Assembly (NCBI GenBank): GCA_002633005.1
Contig: NMRA01000140.1
Coordinates: 372,001 to 436,000, forward strand
Origin: Phoronis australis
Lineage: Eukaryota; Animalia; Phoronida
Length of the DNA stretch: 64,000 nucleotides
Reading direction: 5' to 3'
Below the pieces are notes generated by a model. The model was not told the origin of the DNA, made no database searches, and saw nothing but the letters and a program-made list of their open reading frames with translations. The number at the start of each line of letters is the position of its first letter. The stretch's first letter is position 1. A program made the position numbers and the translations under genes. Shown here in pieces: positions 52,701 to 64,000 of this stretch.

Positions 52701-52967
52701 CTCTCTCTACATCACAACAAGATAAGCCAGATTGACGACGATTCTTTTCGGGGGTTAGTCAACCTGACGCTGCTAAGTTTGACTCGTAATAAACTTTGTT
52801 GTCTGACAAAAGCTATGTTCAATGGGCTAAGTGGTGTGCACACGCTTCTCATAGATCAGAACGAAGTTTGTCAGCTCGAAGAAGGGACGTTCAAGCAGCA
52901 GTTCCCCAATATCAGAGTCACATCCCGAACGGGATACAGGACAAAATGTGGGATTGTACTTCCCTAG
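49703..52967 (+). CDS. Secreted leucine-rich-repeat protein, 3 coding exons, about 289 aa
   Basis: Exons 49703-49751 (A|gtaagt), 51195-51350 (gcag| ... G|gtacga), 52303-52967 (gcag|) join in frame (870 nt): MSLFTSIQTSRPWLYATFPLVLLSLSSIVSS signal peptide, CP cap, then about 8-9 typical LxxLxLxxNxI repeats; no TM segment. Confidence 0.8.
51811..52136. mobile_element. MITE in LRR-gene intron
   Basis: TIRs aaagct..ctttcaccctgtttagctggc / gccagctaaatagggcgaaag..agcttt. Confidence 0.7.
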
Positions 52968-52979
52968 TTTGGCGGATCC

Positions 52980-53127
52980 CAGGGGCGGATCCAGGATTTT
53001 AGGTTGGGGGGCAGGGCAGAGTATTAGCCAAAATTTTGCCCGTCAGACATTTGTATCCTCCAAACTGCGAAATGGAGTTTTTTTTGGGGGGGGATTTCCC
53101 CCTTGGCCCCCTCTAAATCAGCCACTG
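52980..53127 (-). mobile_element. ~150-bp non-autonomous DNA element (GCGGAT..ATCCGC family, reverse copy)
   Basis: caggggcggatccaggatttt ... ctaaatcagccactg; reverse complement of the 49195 copy. Confidence 0.75.
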
Positions 53128-56100
53128 TATCATTAACGTTATGTTGAACCTTAGAAAAATGTTCCGGCAAATTTGGTTGAACTTCGGAAAAATCAAATCT
53201 CAGAAACAACTGTCTGGGTTCATATGAAACTTTCAGACACTATGCATTATGCACTGGTTTCAAAAACGCTGTTAGGAATTGCTCTTTTAAAAAATGTTCC
53301 ATGTTTGCATTAGGGGCTATAGGACTCTTACTATTTTTGAGAAAAAAAATCCAAATTCGCATAAAACGAAACAAAAACTGTAACAGCGTTTTTGAGAGTT
53401 AATCTTGAACATTTGTATCTACATGTAGGCTAATAAAATTTCTTCATGTTATTGATACCGTTGTTTCAATGCACCGGTACCTTTCTTTCTGCTAATTTTA
53501 CTAAAAAGACATGGATGGTCACGTGGTCCAATTAGACTGGTCAAAACAAGGAATGTACTAAACTGCTTGGTCAAAACTCAAATTTTGCAGGCTCTCTGCA
53601 TTCAGAAACACACACTTTTACTGAGTCTCGTACACATTAGCGGCTGAGTACACAGATAAGGTCTTACATATAAACGAAGGCTTTGCATTCTTATTTAAGG
53701 TATGTGCACTTACTAGCAGTGTAAGACCTTGAAATATATCCATAAATGTTTCTAAATTTCAAGAAACTTACCCGAAACTCGAAGATACAGTTTTAAGTTT
53801 CTCAAGTATTTTAATTTTTACTCATATTCAAAATCGAGGCCCTACACGAACAACCATTCCTTGGAGACAATTTTGTCTTTTGGGTAGCAACCAGGATACA
53901 AGAGTATACATTACAGAAATTGTATATTGCAAATGAAAACACAAAAACTCCCACTTTTCAATGTAATTCACCTTAAAAATTGATTTTCTCATTTACTGAA
54001 ATGATGCAGAGAGGCTCAGGTGTGTCGAAGGCCCGCGGACCGCGGCCGGTGTCCGGATCCTGTACTCTCTACAGCTGAATTCTGTTACGGTCCGTTCCTG
54101 TGACTTTTCATCATCGCGATCCTGGATCTTCGCTTGGAGGAGGATTAGATTTGCCTGCCAAAATACGAGACTGATTTTTGCATTCTGTTACATCATTACT
54201 GTTCACAGAAAGGTCTTTCAAAGCACTACTTTTAGTCCCTTAAGAGGTTTGCCCAATTAAATCGAAACATTCGACATTCGCCATTGTACGAAACGGGATG
54301 TCCCAAGGTAATAGCATATTACCTAAACAGCGCTCGTTGTACCTTTAAAGTAAGAAAATATGCAATTCCGCGATCTGAGCTCTCATAAATTACACCGAAT
54401 TTTACCAAAGGGTTCGTTTTTGTCACAGCGGAGCTCTGCTGAATATTTTAATATTTTATTGAGATTTACTGTGTTCAGTGAAGAGAATATAGTTGAAAGT
54501 GTTGCTTAATATTAGATTTAATTATGTTAATAACCGTTTTGTTATGTTAGAAACCATCCAAAATGATTATGTTATGTCGAAAACCTTTAAGAGGGGGTAA
54601 TTTTGCCATAGAAGCTCCCAAACGTGTTTGCTCAGTAAAAGGAGGGGATTTCATTGTGTTGCTCAGTAAGAGGATGGGATTCCATTTTGTTGCTGAGCAA
54701 GAGGATGGGATTTCATTTTGCCAACTCTCTAAAATGGTAGGTATCCCAACTTCCACGCTCCGTCAAACATATAGTGGAGTACCCCCCACACCTCCCCACC
54801 CCCCAAGGACTGTGTATATCGCCATTATCAAGTTCGATGACGCGCATAAGAATGTCAACCTCTCTTTATTCGCCGCCGTGTTTCCGAGTGCCGAGGTCAA
54901 TGTTTGTTGTTTGACAATGTTTTTTTATCACGTTTTATTAAATGTGATCACAAAAAGGTGCGTCTTATTGTCTATTGTTTACATTTTGCTTTGCATTCAC
55001 AGTCAACAGCAAATGACGTCATCGGCTCTTTGTTAAGTGTTAAGTACAAGGGGACAGTTGGGATGATTCTTCAAATTTTATCATTGAAACATCTAACAAA
55101 CAGATAAAGGTCTTTCAAAAAGAAGTTTACTTTCACACAAAAACAGTAGTTGGAATTCAGTCATTTTATCCAGGAAGCCCATACATTGCAGAGCTCCGTC
55201 CTTAAACTCTTTCATTGACCGTCAATTCTTATTTCATGAAGTTAGGACAAAACAATCTGTGAATAGTTTATTCGCTTCGTAAAACAAGTCCATAATACCT
55301 TATTTATAACAATTATCTGTGATACGGCAACGTCGTGTTGACAGTCAACGGTTATTTTATGATTTTTAAGATAAGCGATATCGGACATGACATAAAAGGC
55401 CGGCGATACATCGGATTGCAGACAACACCTGAATCGGGACACGGGACAGGTAACGAAAGGTAAGACCCAGGGAAAGTATTCTAGAAAAACTTTACATATA
55501 CGTTTGGTCGTGCTATTTCTATTAACTTTTTGGTTCCTGAGTCACAGTTCTGCTTACTGATGGAAATTAGTCTTGAAGTCTATCTTATATTTGGTCATCA
55601 TTCCTATGTGCTGTTACGGAATCCGCGTTCCCCTGAAAAGACGTATTTTCCTGCAGGCCACTCACTCTTATAAAACTGGTCTTAACGTCTTCCTTACTCG
55701 AATTACAAGTTAGTTCTGAGCTTCGGAAGAACTGATAGTTCACCACTCAGTGTTCGAATGCCAAAACGACGAGCCGAATACGCAGTGTAAGTTATTGAGC
55801 CGCGCATCGAGCAGCAACGGACTGCCAGAACTCCTCGAGCCAAAATTCTAGTGTGAGTAAGGGACAATAGGGTACCAATCTGCTAAATAGTGCGCGGCCT
55901 AAATCAAAGTTTGTGGCAGCTTGTAGGTACTGTCATCCCAGTCATTTGACGGATTTTATTGGATTACTCAACCTAATCTTCAAACTCGGTTTCGCAATCA
56001 TAGATTTAACATAATACATAAAACATTTCTGATCCTATAGGTAATCATTTCAATTCCAAAAAAATAATCTACAAGATCTTTCTGTACAAATAATAGAGAA

Positions 56101-59100
56101 ACTCCAATACTCCAGTACCTCTCACAGACTCAAAAGACAACGATTTTGGATAAATAAGCTCAACACACTTGAACCTAATAGATTGAACATAAAGACTTTA
56201 TCCTTTACTTTTTCCGCAACAATGTATCATGCTCATTACGCCATATATCAGATGTCAATTGTCATATAGTGTTTGATTTTACTTTATTTCTGTTTCTGTT
56301 GACGAAGGATGTTATTATATCCAAAAATTTTAGTGATCCATTTTTGTTGTTTTATTTACGTATATTGAATGTGAACGAATGTTACACAAAACTTTACATT
56401 ACAAACTACACAACAATTTTGATGACAAACGGGTGCTTGTCACGCACATTCCAAAGGTACTATACATGCGATGACGGGGCTGACGTTGTTTCATATAAAG
56501 GTATGCCATTGTTGTGAAACAGGTGAGCGACACAAAGGATGAGTTATCCTTATTATGTGCACCGTAGCGTTTTTTCAACAGGTGCCCAATCCAAACAGAC
56601 GCGATAGGCTTCTAAGGTAAAGAGCGATAATACAAGTTAAGCGATATCAGAGTTCTGTTATTGTCGTGGACTTTAAATTGGCCGTCGAGATTTAAATACG
56701 GACTCGAAAACGCCGCTATATAGTTCCAAATCACGTCGGGTTGAACGAGGTGTGAGAGAAAATCTAACATTAAGTTTATTTTAAACGGACACCAAGCTAT
56801 TTTGACATCGGATATGTGACGAGTGGAAGACGAGTAGAATTTTAAAAGGAAAATGTAAGTGTTGTGTAAGTAGATTAAGCTGTGCTTTGCAAACACTTTG
56901 AGAATTGATTTTTGTGTGCGATGATCAGTGAACACGGTTTTATTGTGATTCACAAACCTAAACTGTTTTCTGCCGTCGAAAAACGTTTTACATTCGATAT
57001 AGCCACTATGAGCTATTTGCAACATCCGATTTATTAACGAATCCCTGTCGACTCGATGCCTGCATTAACGATCGTTGAAACTGGAGGCTTTATTTTGCTC
57101 TTAAAAGTCCATATGTGACCTGGTTCTATTCAACATGCAGTTAGGAATTTAAATACAACTTTCGCAATGTATGCAACCATTTTTGTCTTTGTCAGCTCGC
57201 GCAAACCGCAAAACCTTATTTTTGCATTTTTCTGATTGCATAGATTTAACATATTCATTTCCAGGCGATAGTGATCAGTTTATGTAAATATTGTGAAATG
57301 GCCAGGGGGCTACAGACCCGCACTCACACTTGTAAACAAAAGCAAATATCACCTAACACGAGGGGTCACGTGGTGCAAGACACAAAGGTTGCTCTTTTTA
57401 TCGGATTATGAAACCACGATCCGCTGACCACTATGAGCATATTGACTAATGGTGATTGTTTTGCAGTAAGTAATAATTCTGCTAAGAAGGCGTGGTGCCT
57501 AGTTCGTTGATTCGCCCGATCGTTGCAGTGCCCTCGATTACCCTACACATACCAAGTAATTTAACCAACAAGAATTACACCTGAGAATCACACCAAAACA
57601 AAAATGTTTTGCAAGCGCTTTTCAAGAAATCGAATCTTCCATTATTCTTTTTGCCCCTCAGTGGACAGCTCTGCACGAAACATTTCCTCTGCGCATGACA
57701 CAAAGGCAAGCACGCACTATTCGGAAATCCGGATTGTTCAACGATTATAGAACAAATCTTCAATCGGTAGAACGATTTTTACACAATGAAGTCAGGTTGT
57801 TACAGAGTTTATCGCAAGTAAATAAACCGAGACAGTAACCAGGGGACACTCACTCAGGAACACTACGAGGAAGATTTATGTCAGTATCATCTGCACCTCT
57901 TTTTACCTGTTAATGGAACATGAACTTTTGACACCCTTTCTCTTGCCAAAATCATTAATTCTCTCCTGGTGAACGGTTCGAAACGTGAATCACTTGTGCC
58001 GGTACTCAGACGGGTTTACTGGGCGCGTTTCCGTTTTTCTTTCAGGCAGTGATAGGGAAAAAATGCAGAAACCATTGGCATTGAAATCCTAGGTAACCGT
58101 GTTCCCACTCCGCGCGAATTTGATGGTGGGATTCAATAATTCCAAGTAAGTCTAATCCACGAAGAATAAGTCTCGAGTTATAGAACCGGTCGTTAAGTTT
58201 GTTGATAAACACAATGGCACATAGATGTTCAACTGTTCCTTTGTACTTCGGGCCTTTCAACTGACTATCAAACATGCCTTGAGCCTGAGCAGGCTATACA
58301 AACCCAGCTGTATGTGAATAGCCGGCGACGAATAAGAAAAAGTATTCTGTTCGCCGGCGAACAGACAAGATTGGGAGATCGTGGTCAAATATTGAAACCA
58401 GCAGATGGAGCAACGCAGGTAAAAAGGTGATTCAATATAACCATATAAAACAATTTTAGTCTAACATGTACAGTGGTTTGTTGAGACTATTTAGTACAGA
58501 AAGCCTGAGTGTCAATTAAAATACTTCGCTGGAGTTAATAGTGCGTATACACAGTAAAAATGACTAGTTGTCGAACTTATGATCTGTGAAATGAAAAATT
58601 CCTGGCATATTTTCAAATACTATCGAATCTAACAGAAGCTGAAACGGTACATGGATTTATTGTTGACAAGTGCATAGTTCATGTATAATTTAGTGCCGAA
58701 TCCACTTGACCTTAACGCAATATGTAGGATCCTTAAAAATAAATGTCCAATTCTGGGCAACTTCGGAACATCGTATCTCAGATATGGGTCATTGGATTCA
58801 CACGAAACTTTCAGGCACAACGCTCTACGCAATGTTTCACTCCAAAATGCTGTTGGAATAATCTTTACACGTCCCACTTTTGGATGTGGGGCTGTAAAAC
58901 AATGGGACTTATGGTTTTATGAAAGAAACTTTACAGATGTGTGAAAACGAAAACGAAACGATCATCTTTTAGTTACTGTAACTTAGTTTTGGGAATTTCA
59001 TCGTGTGCATTTATATCGCACGAAATTTGGTTATGTTATTGACTCTGTTGAGTTGCCGTGAATGTGTCTTTCTTTTTAACTAAATTTTACAAAAAGAATG

Positions 59101-62100
59101 GCCACCAGAGCGGCTAAGTAATGACAGATTGGTATAATGTGAAACATCAAATCATACGGAATTTCTACATTTAATTCAGAAAATATATACATTTGCTGAG
59201 TTTTGTAGATAATTAGTTAAATATATAGCTTTGTCGATATCGTACGATATCGTCCTGCATAATCTTAACGTGTTTAATCACAAAACAAACATGTAGTGCA
59301 TGTCTGGCGTTTGAGTGTCTACACGAATTAACGCGTTCATGTGCAATACAGCTGAAATCGTTCTGGACCAGGTAAAATCCGCTGCAGTTTGATTTTATGT
59401 CGAAGTCCAAACGACAGAGACAATAATGGTTAGTGTACGAAAAGACAATGTTTAAAAACCCACCGAATTGTGAGCATAGCGAAACTTTTAAGCTCTTCAA
59501 GGACAGAATCTTCTTCATTTAAAAATGCTTAATACGTCGAGTTTTGTATTGTTTTTGGTCGACAATACAAGTAATAATATTGAAGCCGATTTCACTTGTC
59601 TTTTCTAAGCGGAGAACAGAAATTTCAATCCGGGTAGAATTGTTCATCATGTTTGTTACCTGACCGTTTTAAAACCATTTTGACATTTGTAAAATATGCG
59701 AATCCTTACAACCAAACCCCATTTGACAAAGTATACCTTCCTTTAAGCAAACGCTCTCAATACTGTCTTTCTAGGTGTTATTTTGATTTCAACAAAGAAA
59801 TCCATTTGGACAGAGAATATAGGAAGCCTCCTAATGGGTCATTGTGTTTATCTTTGAAATTTGATATTCGACTATTTGCAAACAGTTCTTTGAACCCGCA
59901 TAGTAGTTATTCGTGAGTACCAAAAGGAAATAAAATGGTTTTCAAAGAGGTGTTCGTGTCCGCTCCATTATTCAATTCGTGCATTGAATTATTAAATCTT
60001 ATCAATACACTCGCAATAAACAAATACGTGGTAGTCGTGCTTGAGTCATTTTCGCAGAAGTGGTCTACTAATGGCCGGAATTTCCGTTTTGAGTGTGACA
60101 GCAAACATAACATCGCTTCGCTTTGGCCTAGATGGAGATTAAGAAGATGTCGTAGTTTTTTAATCATCCGGTAGGTATTTTAATGTTGGCGCGCAGTGGG
60201 TACTGTTAAGGCTTTCTCGGTTGGGAGACCGTAATTCTATGTGGTTGTTTTTAATAAATAATACGGGGATTTCGCTGCTGTTTTGCTGCCATTGTTAAAT
60301 TCTTAAAAGAAGCACCTTTAGGAATTTAAAAACATACAACAGGACTCTGAATTATTGCGGAATGCAGTACCCTGAGACTCAATTAAAGCTTACTCGAGCC
60401 ATTTTTGAGTTCGAAATTTCAAAATTAGTCAAGCTCAATCAACTCTGAAGCCGTTTTCTCAGTGAAGTCGTTGATCGGATGTTCCCGTTGGTAAAGAAAA
60501 TCGAGTCTGATCGCTGCCGGTGCCTTGAAAGAAAAATCAGTATCAGGTGACCGACTGTATGAAAACAAGTGGCTTAATTCGTTTTTCGTTTTCGACTGCT
60601 GAATACTGAGGAAAGACTGTTTTATGAATGCCATTCTCGTCATTTCTAGTAAATCAGAATTTCATACTTTACCACGAAGTTAATATTCCCTGAGATCCGG
60701 TTCGGTGACTTTATATTCTAATAACAGTTTACAGTATAGCTAACCTAATCAGAGCACCTCACATACATATAGTAAACTTTAATACTTAGAAATACCTATT
60801 TGGAGTTGACGAAAATAATTACAGATCGGACTGATGTCACCCCAGACGACACCGTGAACCCGAGGAGTGTCACTCGGCGGATGTGCCATAACCGGGTGAA
60901 TGACGTTGTAGACCTAGTCCGCAAATCATTCTGTGACCTGTGCGGGACATGATAACGACACGTCAAGTATGACTTCAGTGTGTGACAGAGTTTTCGGTAC
61001 GACGGGTTCATACCTGTGATGCTAACAACGCAGGCTTTCTTTGTTTTATTTTTCTCCACGTCTTTGCTCGGTAATTTTATCCTTGTAGTTAGAAAAAATT
61101 ATGCCCGTTGGGTCTGTAGTCAACGTGTGGCTCATCGCCCTTGCGTATTATACGTCTAATATTTATAACGCCGTGCACGAAAATGACCGACGATCTCCTG
61201 CCAGATTTCTTCATCACGTGACTACCACGAAGCGATCTTTCTCAGTTCACCACTGTTTGTACATAAATTTAAACGAAACTCTGATTGCATTTGAGTCATT
61301 TGAAATTTCCCATCCGTGTAATTTGCGAATAATTTCCTCGCTTTCAGATTCAAAGTACGTTGATGATAGCTACAGCCTGCAGCACAATTTCAAGTGCTTC
61401 TGTCCTTCACGAGCGTAGACGAGTTACTTTCCTGTAGGTTGCCATAGACTGCGGGATGAGCGGTATGGTGTCTGGCAAAGAGCGAGAACCGGATTATAAT
61501 CAAATCCAATCAAGAATGGATAACGCTTTGACGTTCTTGAGAAAAGAATTGGTAAGTTTGTCATTTTATGTCGTCTGTAATACATTATAGCTCGCAGCAC
61601 CCTGTCGCCGGTATAAGACCACGTGCATATAATGCGCCTCTGCTCAGAAGGAAGTAGGCATAACTGGTTGAGCGTTTAACGTGCAATTTATGACTTTTTC
61701 ACATCCAATGCCGTGCATGAAGTCGGTAATAACAGGTCTGGTACATGTATGAGGGGTGCAACTGATACGACGGAGTGTCACTCCAGCGTTATCTGTTGAT
61801 TGAGTTGGACAAAAGTTAGATTTAGTTTGCATATCGCTCGTAATTTGCTCGAAAAAAACTGATAGTAGACAGTAGTCGAGCAAAATTCTTGGCGATCAGA
61901 GCCGCCGGAGTAAGAGAACAGCGTGTTCGGCAAATGGGTGACAATTTGTTAACGGCAATGACTGCATATTTATATTTGTTGGTGGTGATAGGAGAGTTAA
62001 TATGGTATCTAGGCGATCTGGTGCGGGGAAAGTTCAGCTGTGCAGGGTAATATTTGAGAAGGTGGTGGACAAGAAATGAAGGAGATTTTCACAACTGGGA

Positions 62101-64000
62101 AAATTTGTTCTCACTCTCCTTCCCTCACGTGGTGCAGATTTGTGTTTTATTTCTGAGAATGCTCACCAACTAGTGGTCGGAAGTCACTTATCTCGATAGT
62201 CATGCTAACCCATTTCCTAATTAATTTAGTTCATATCTGAAGTTACTGCTGATTGACAGTCGTATTGTACTGCCTCACTACAGTGTCGTGTGCGATTGAA
62301 AACTTCAAGCTTTAGTGGCACCAAAAAATGTCTGCCCTCGTTATAATTCAAAAAAATGTAATTACTCCATTGTTGTGTCAAATTGTTTGAAAGTCAACAT
62401 CTGTGTTTAACAAAGGATTGCAACCCGCTGGTTTATGAGCGGCAATTTCACAATTTTACCATGCAGTTCCACGCGTGATTTTGACTGCAGGCTGCAGCAC
62501 TTTCTCACGCCAAAAGGACGAAAGCTTTCTATGTCAACCAGAACATTGTGTTCTCACGACTGTTTGACAAGCTGCTATCTCTTCAATCGGGCGAACAATA
62601 GCTACACGTTCCCCTTATACCCAGGGTGACTGATTTCTACCAAAGGTCGGCAATGCTGAGCGCATGGAGCACACATTCTATTTCAGTTATGGCGAAAACA
62701 GAGTAAATTTTGAAAAGTAGCGCAATAATGGTTTCGCTTAGTTTTGACAAATGTCTAGCACATATCGTATTGGCATGCGTGTTTATTTATCCAGTGGTCT
62801 ATGGATAGTTGAATACTCCCCGCGCACCTATGTCAAACTGGATTTAAGGTTATCGCAAGGTCACATAAACACACATAACGGAAGTAGCAATTGGCTGCAA
62901 GTCAAGTTGCCATTGTTATGATACAAGTCAAGATATTGGAGTCAATCAGATTCTACAAAACGACGCCAGTTCCGTCAAAAAAACTTTTAAACAACTCCGT
63001 TTTGCTATAAAATTGATCTCAAAATATTTCTAACACAGATGAGAAGTGATTTCTGGGGCTTAAAAAAACACAATTTGTAATTGTTCGAGGCCATGCTTTG
63101 CCGCTGTATATAAAATTACCCGCCGTGACAAATAACTTGAACAGCCGAGTCTTAAGCAATAACAAATTTTCAATTCTTTCCAATCCCAGAATTCACCTCT
63201 ACTGATTTCAGACTAAGGAACACGTTGAAATCAAATCCGTTACAAACCGCCGGGTCTTGAAATCAAGGGTTGTTTTTGAGACGCGGGAAAACCGGATTAT
63301 AGACGCGTTTAGGATGAGAAACGTGTGCGCGCTCAGTTTTCAGTTCTCTGTGGTTGAATGTTGGAAACTGCACTTCTTTTAAATTTCAGTACGTAAAATT
63401 TCACACTGCTATTTGAAAACGGTATTCCTGTTGGAAAACTGTTGCATTATGAATCTACACATTTTTTATTTCTCATTGTACAGTTGTTTTACATTTCACG
63501 CAGGTTTGGATTACATGCGAATTTCGAGGCTACGTCTTTTTAGATTTTATGTTGTAGTTACAGTTTGTCGAATGGACCTTTCAGCAGATTTGTTTGGTGG
63601 TGCTGAAAACAACTGGGTCGAAGCACAGTGACTGTTTTTGCTTTTCACGAAAGTCGGGCGAGAATTCCAGATCCTTGTTGATAAACATGTTTTTAATAGC
63701 ATATCACCTGCACTCACACGGAGTTCACCAGTGCTTGGCGGGTTAGACAGTGGCCGACGTGAACTCTCACTGCCCGTTACGCAACGGTAGTTTTTATTGG
63801 GATCAATTTCTACCTGTTCGACCACAAGTGTGTTGAACTTCTATTTTGAACGCACAGGAAGGTCAGCGTAGAGATGCTCGGCATTTTACCTGAAGGTCAG
63901 CGTAGTATTCAAATTACGATCTTAGAATCAAAAAAGTTTCATGGAATTTCAACACGAATTTGTTTATTGGGTACCTTTGAAATTATTGAATGGATTCAGT

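Noticed and set aside
63547-63840. Possible terminal exon of a - strand gene beyond the window
   Set aside because: Open frame with a weak acceptor, but a low-complexity peptide with no recognisable domain.

Overview
Eukaryotic, AT-rich genomic DNA from an animal, most likely a marine invertebrate (lophotrochozoan-like gene and repeat content; this is inference). It is a gapped assembly with Ns at 10743-10782, 19968 and 47721. Left half: first coding exon of an NHS/WAVE-homology-domain gene (- strand, continuing leftwards through a long intron) lying head-to-head with a complete 10-coding-exon bestrophin gene (+, 14032-26466, about 532 aa). The bestrophin gene has one GC-AG intron and a duplicated exon 5 next to an N. 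Right half: an intronless somatomedin-B-domain/family-B-like 7TM receptor (-), a decayed Gypsy-like element relic carrying gag, a PHD finger and a Zn-finger/TatD-nuclease ORF, an intronless UDP-glucuronosyltransferase (+), a 3-exon secreted LRR protein (+), and about 6 kb of unidentified degraded coding-like sequence. Many MITEs and short repeats are interspersed. The most unusual items are the TatD-carrying retroelement relic, a 152-bp TG..CA insertion with an internal tRNA-like promoter whose empty site is preserved next to it, and a back-to-back double-palindrome footprint at 34281-34396. All calls are from manual reading; no searches were run.
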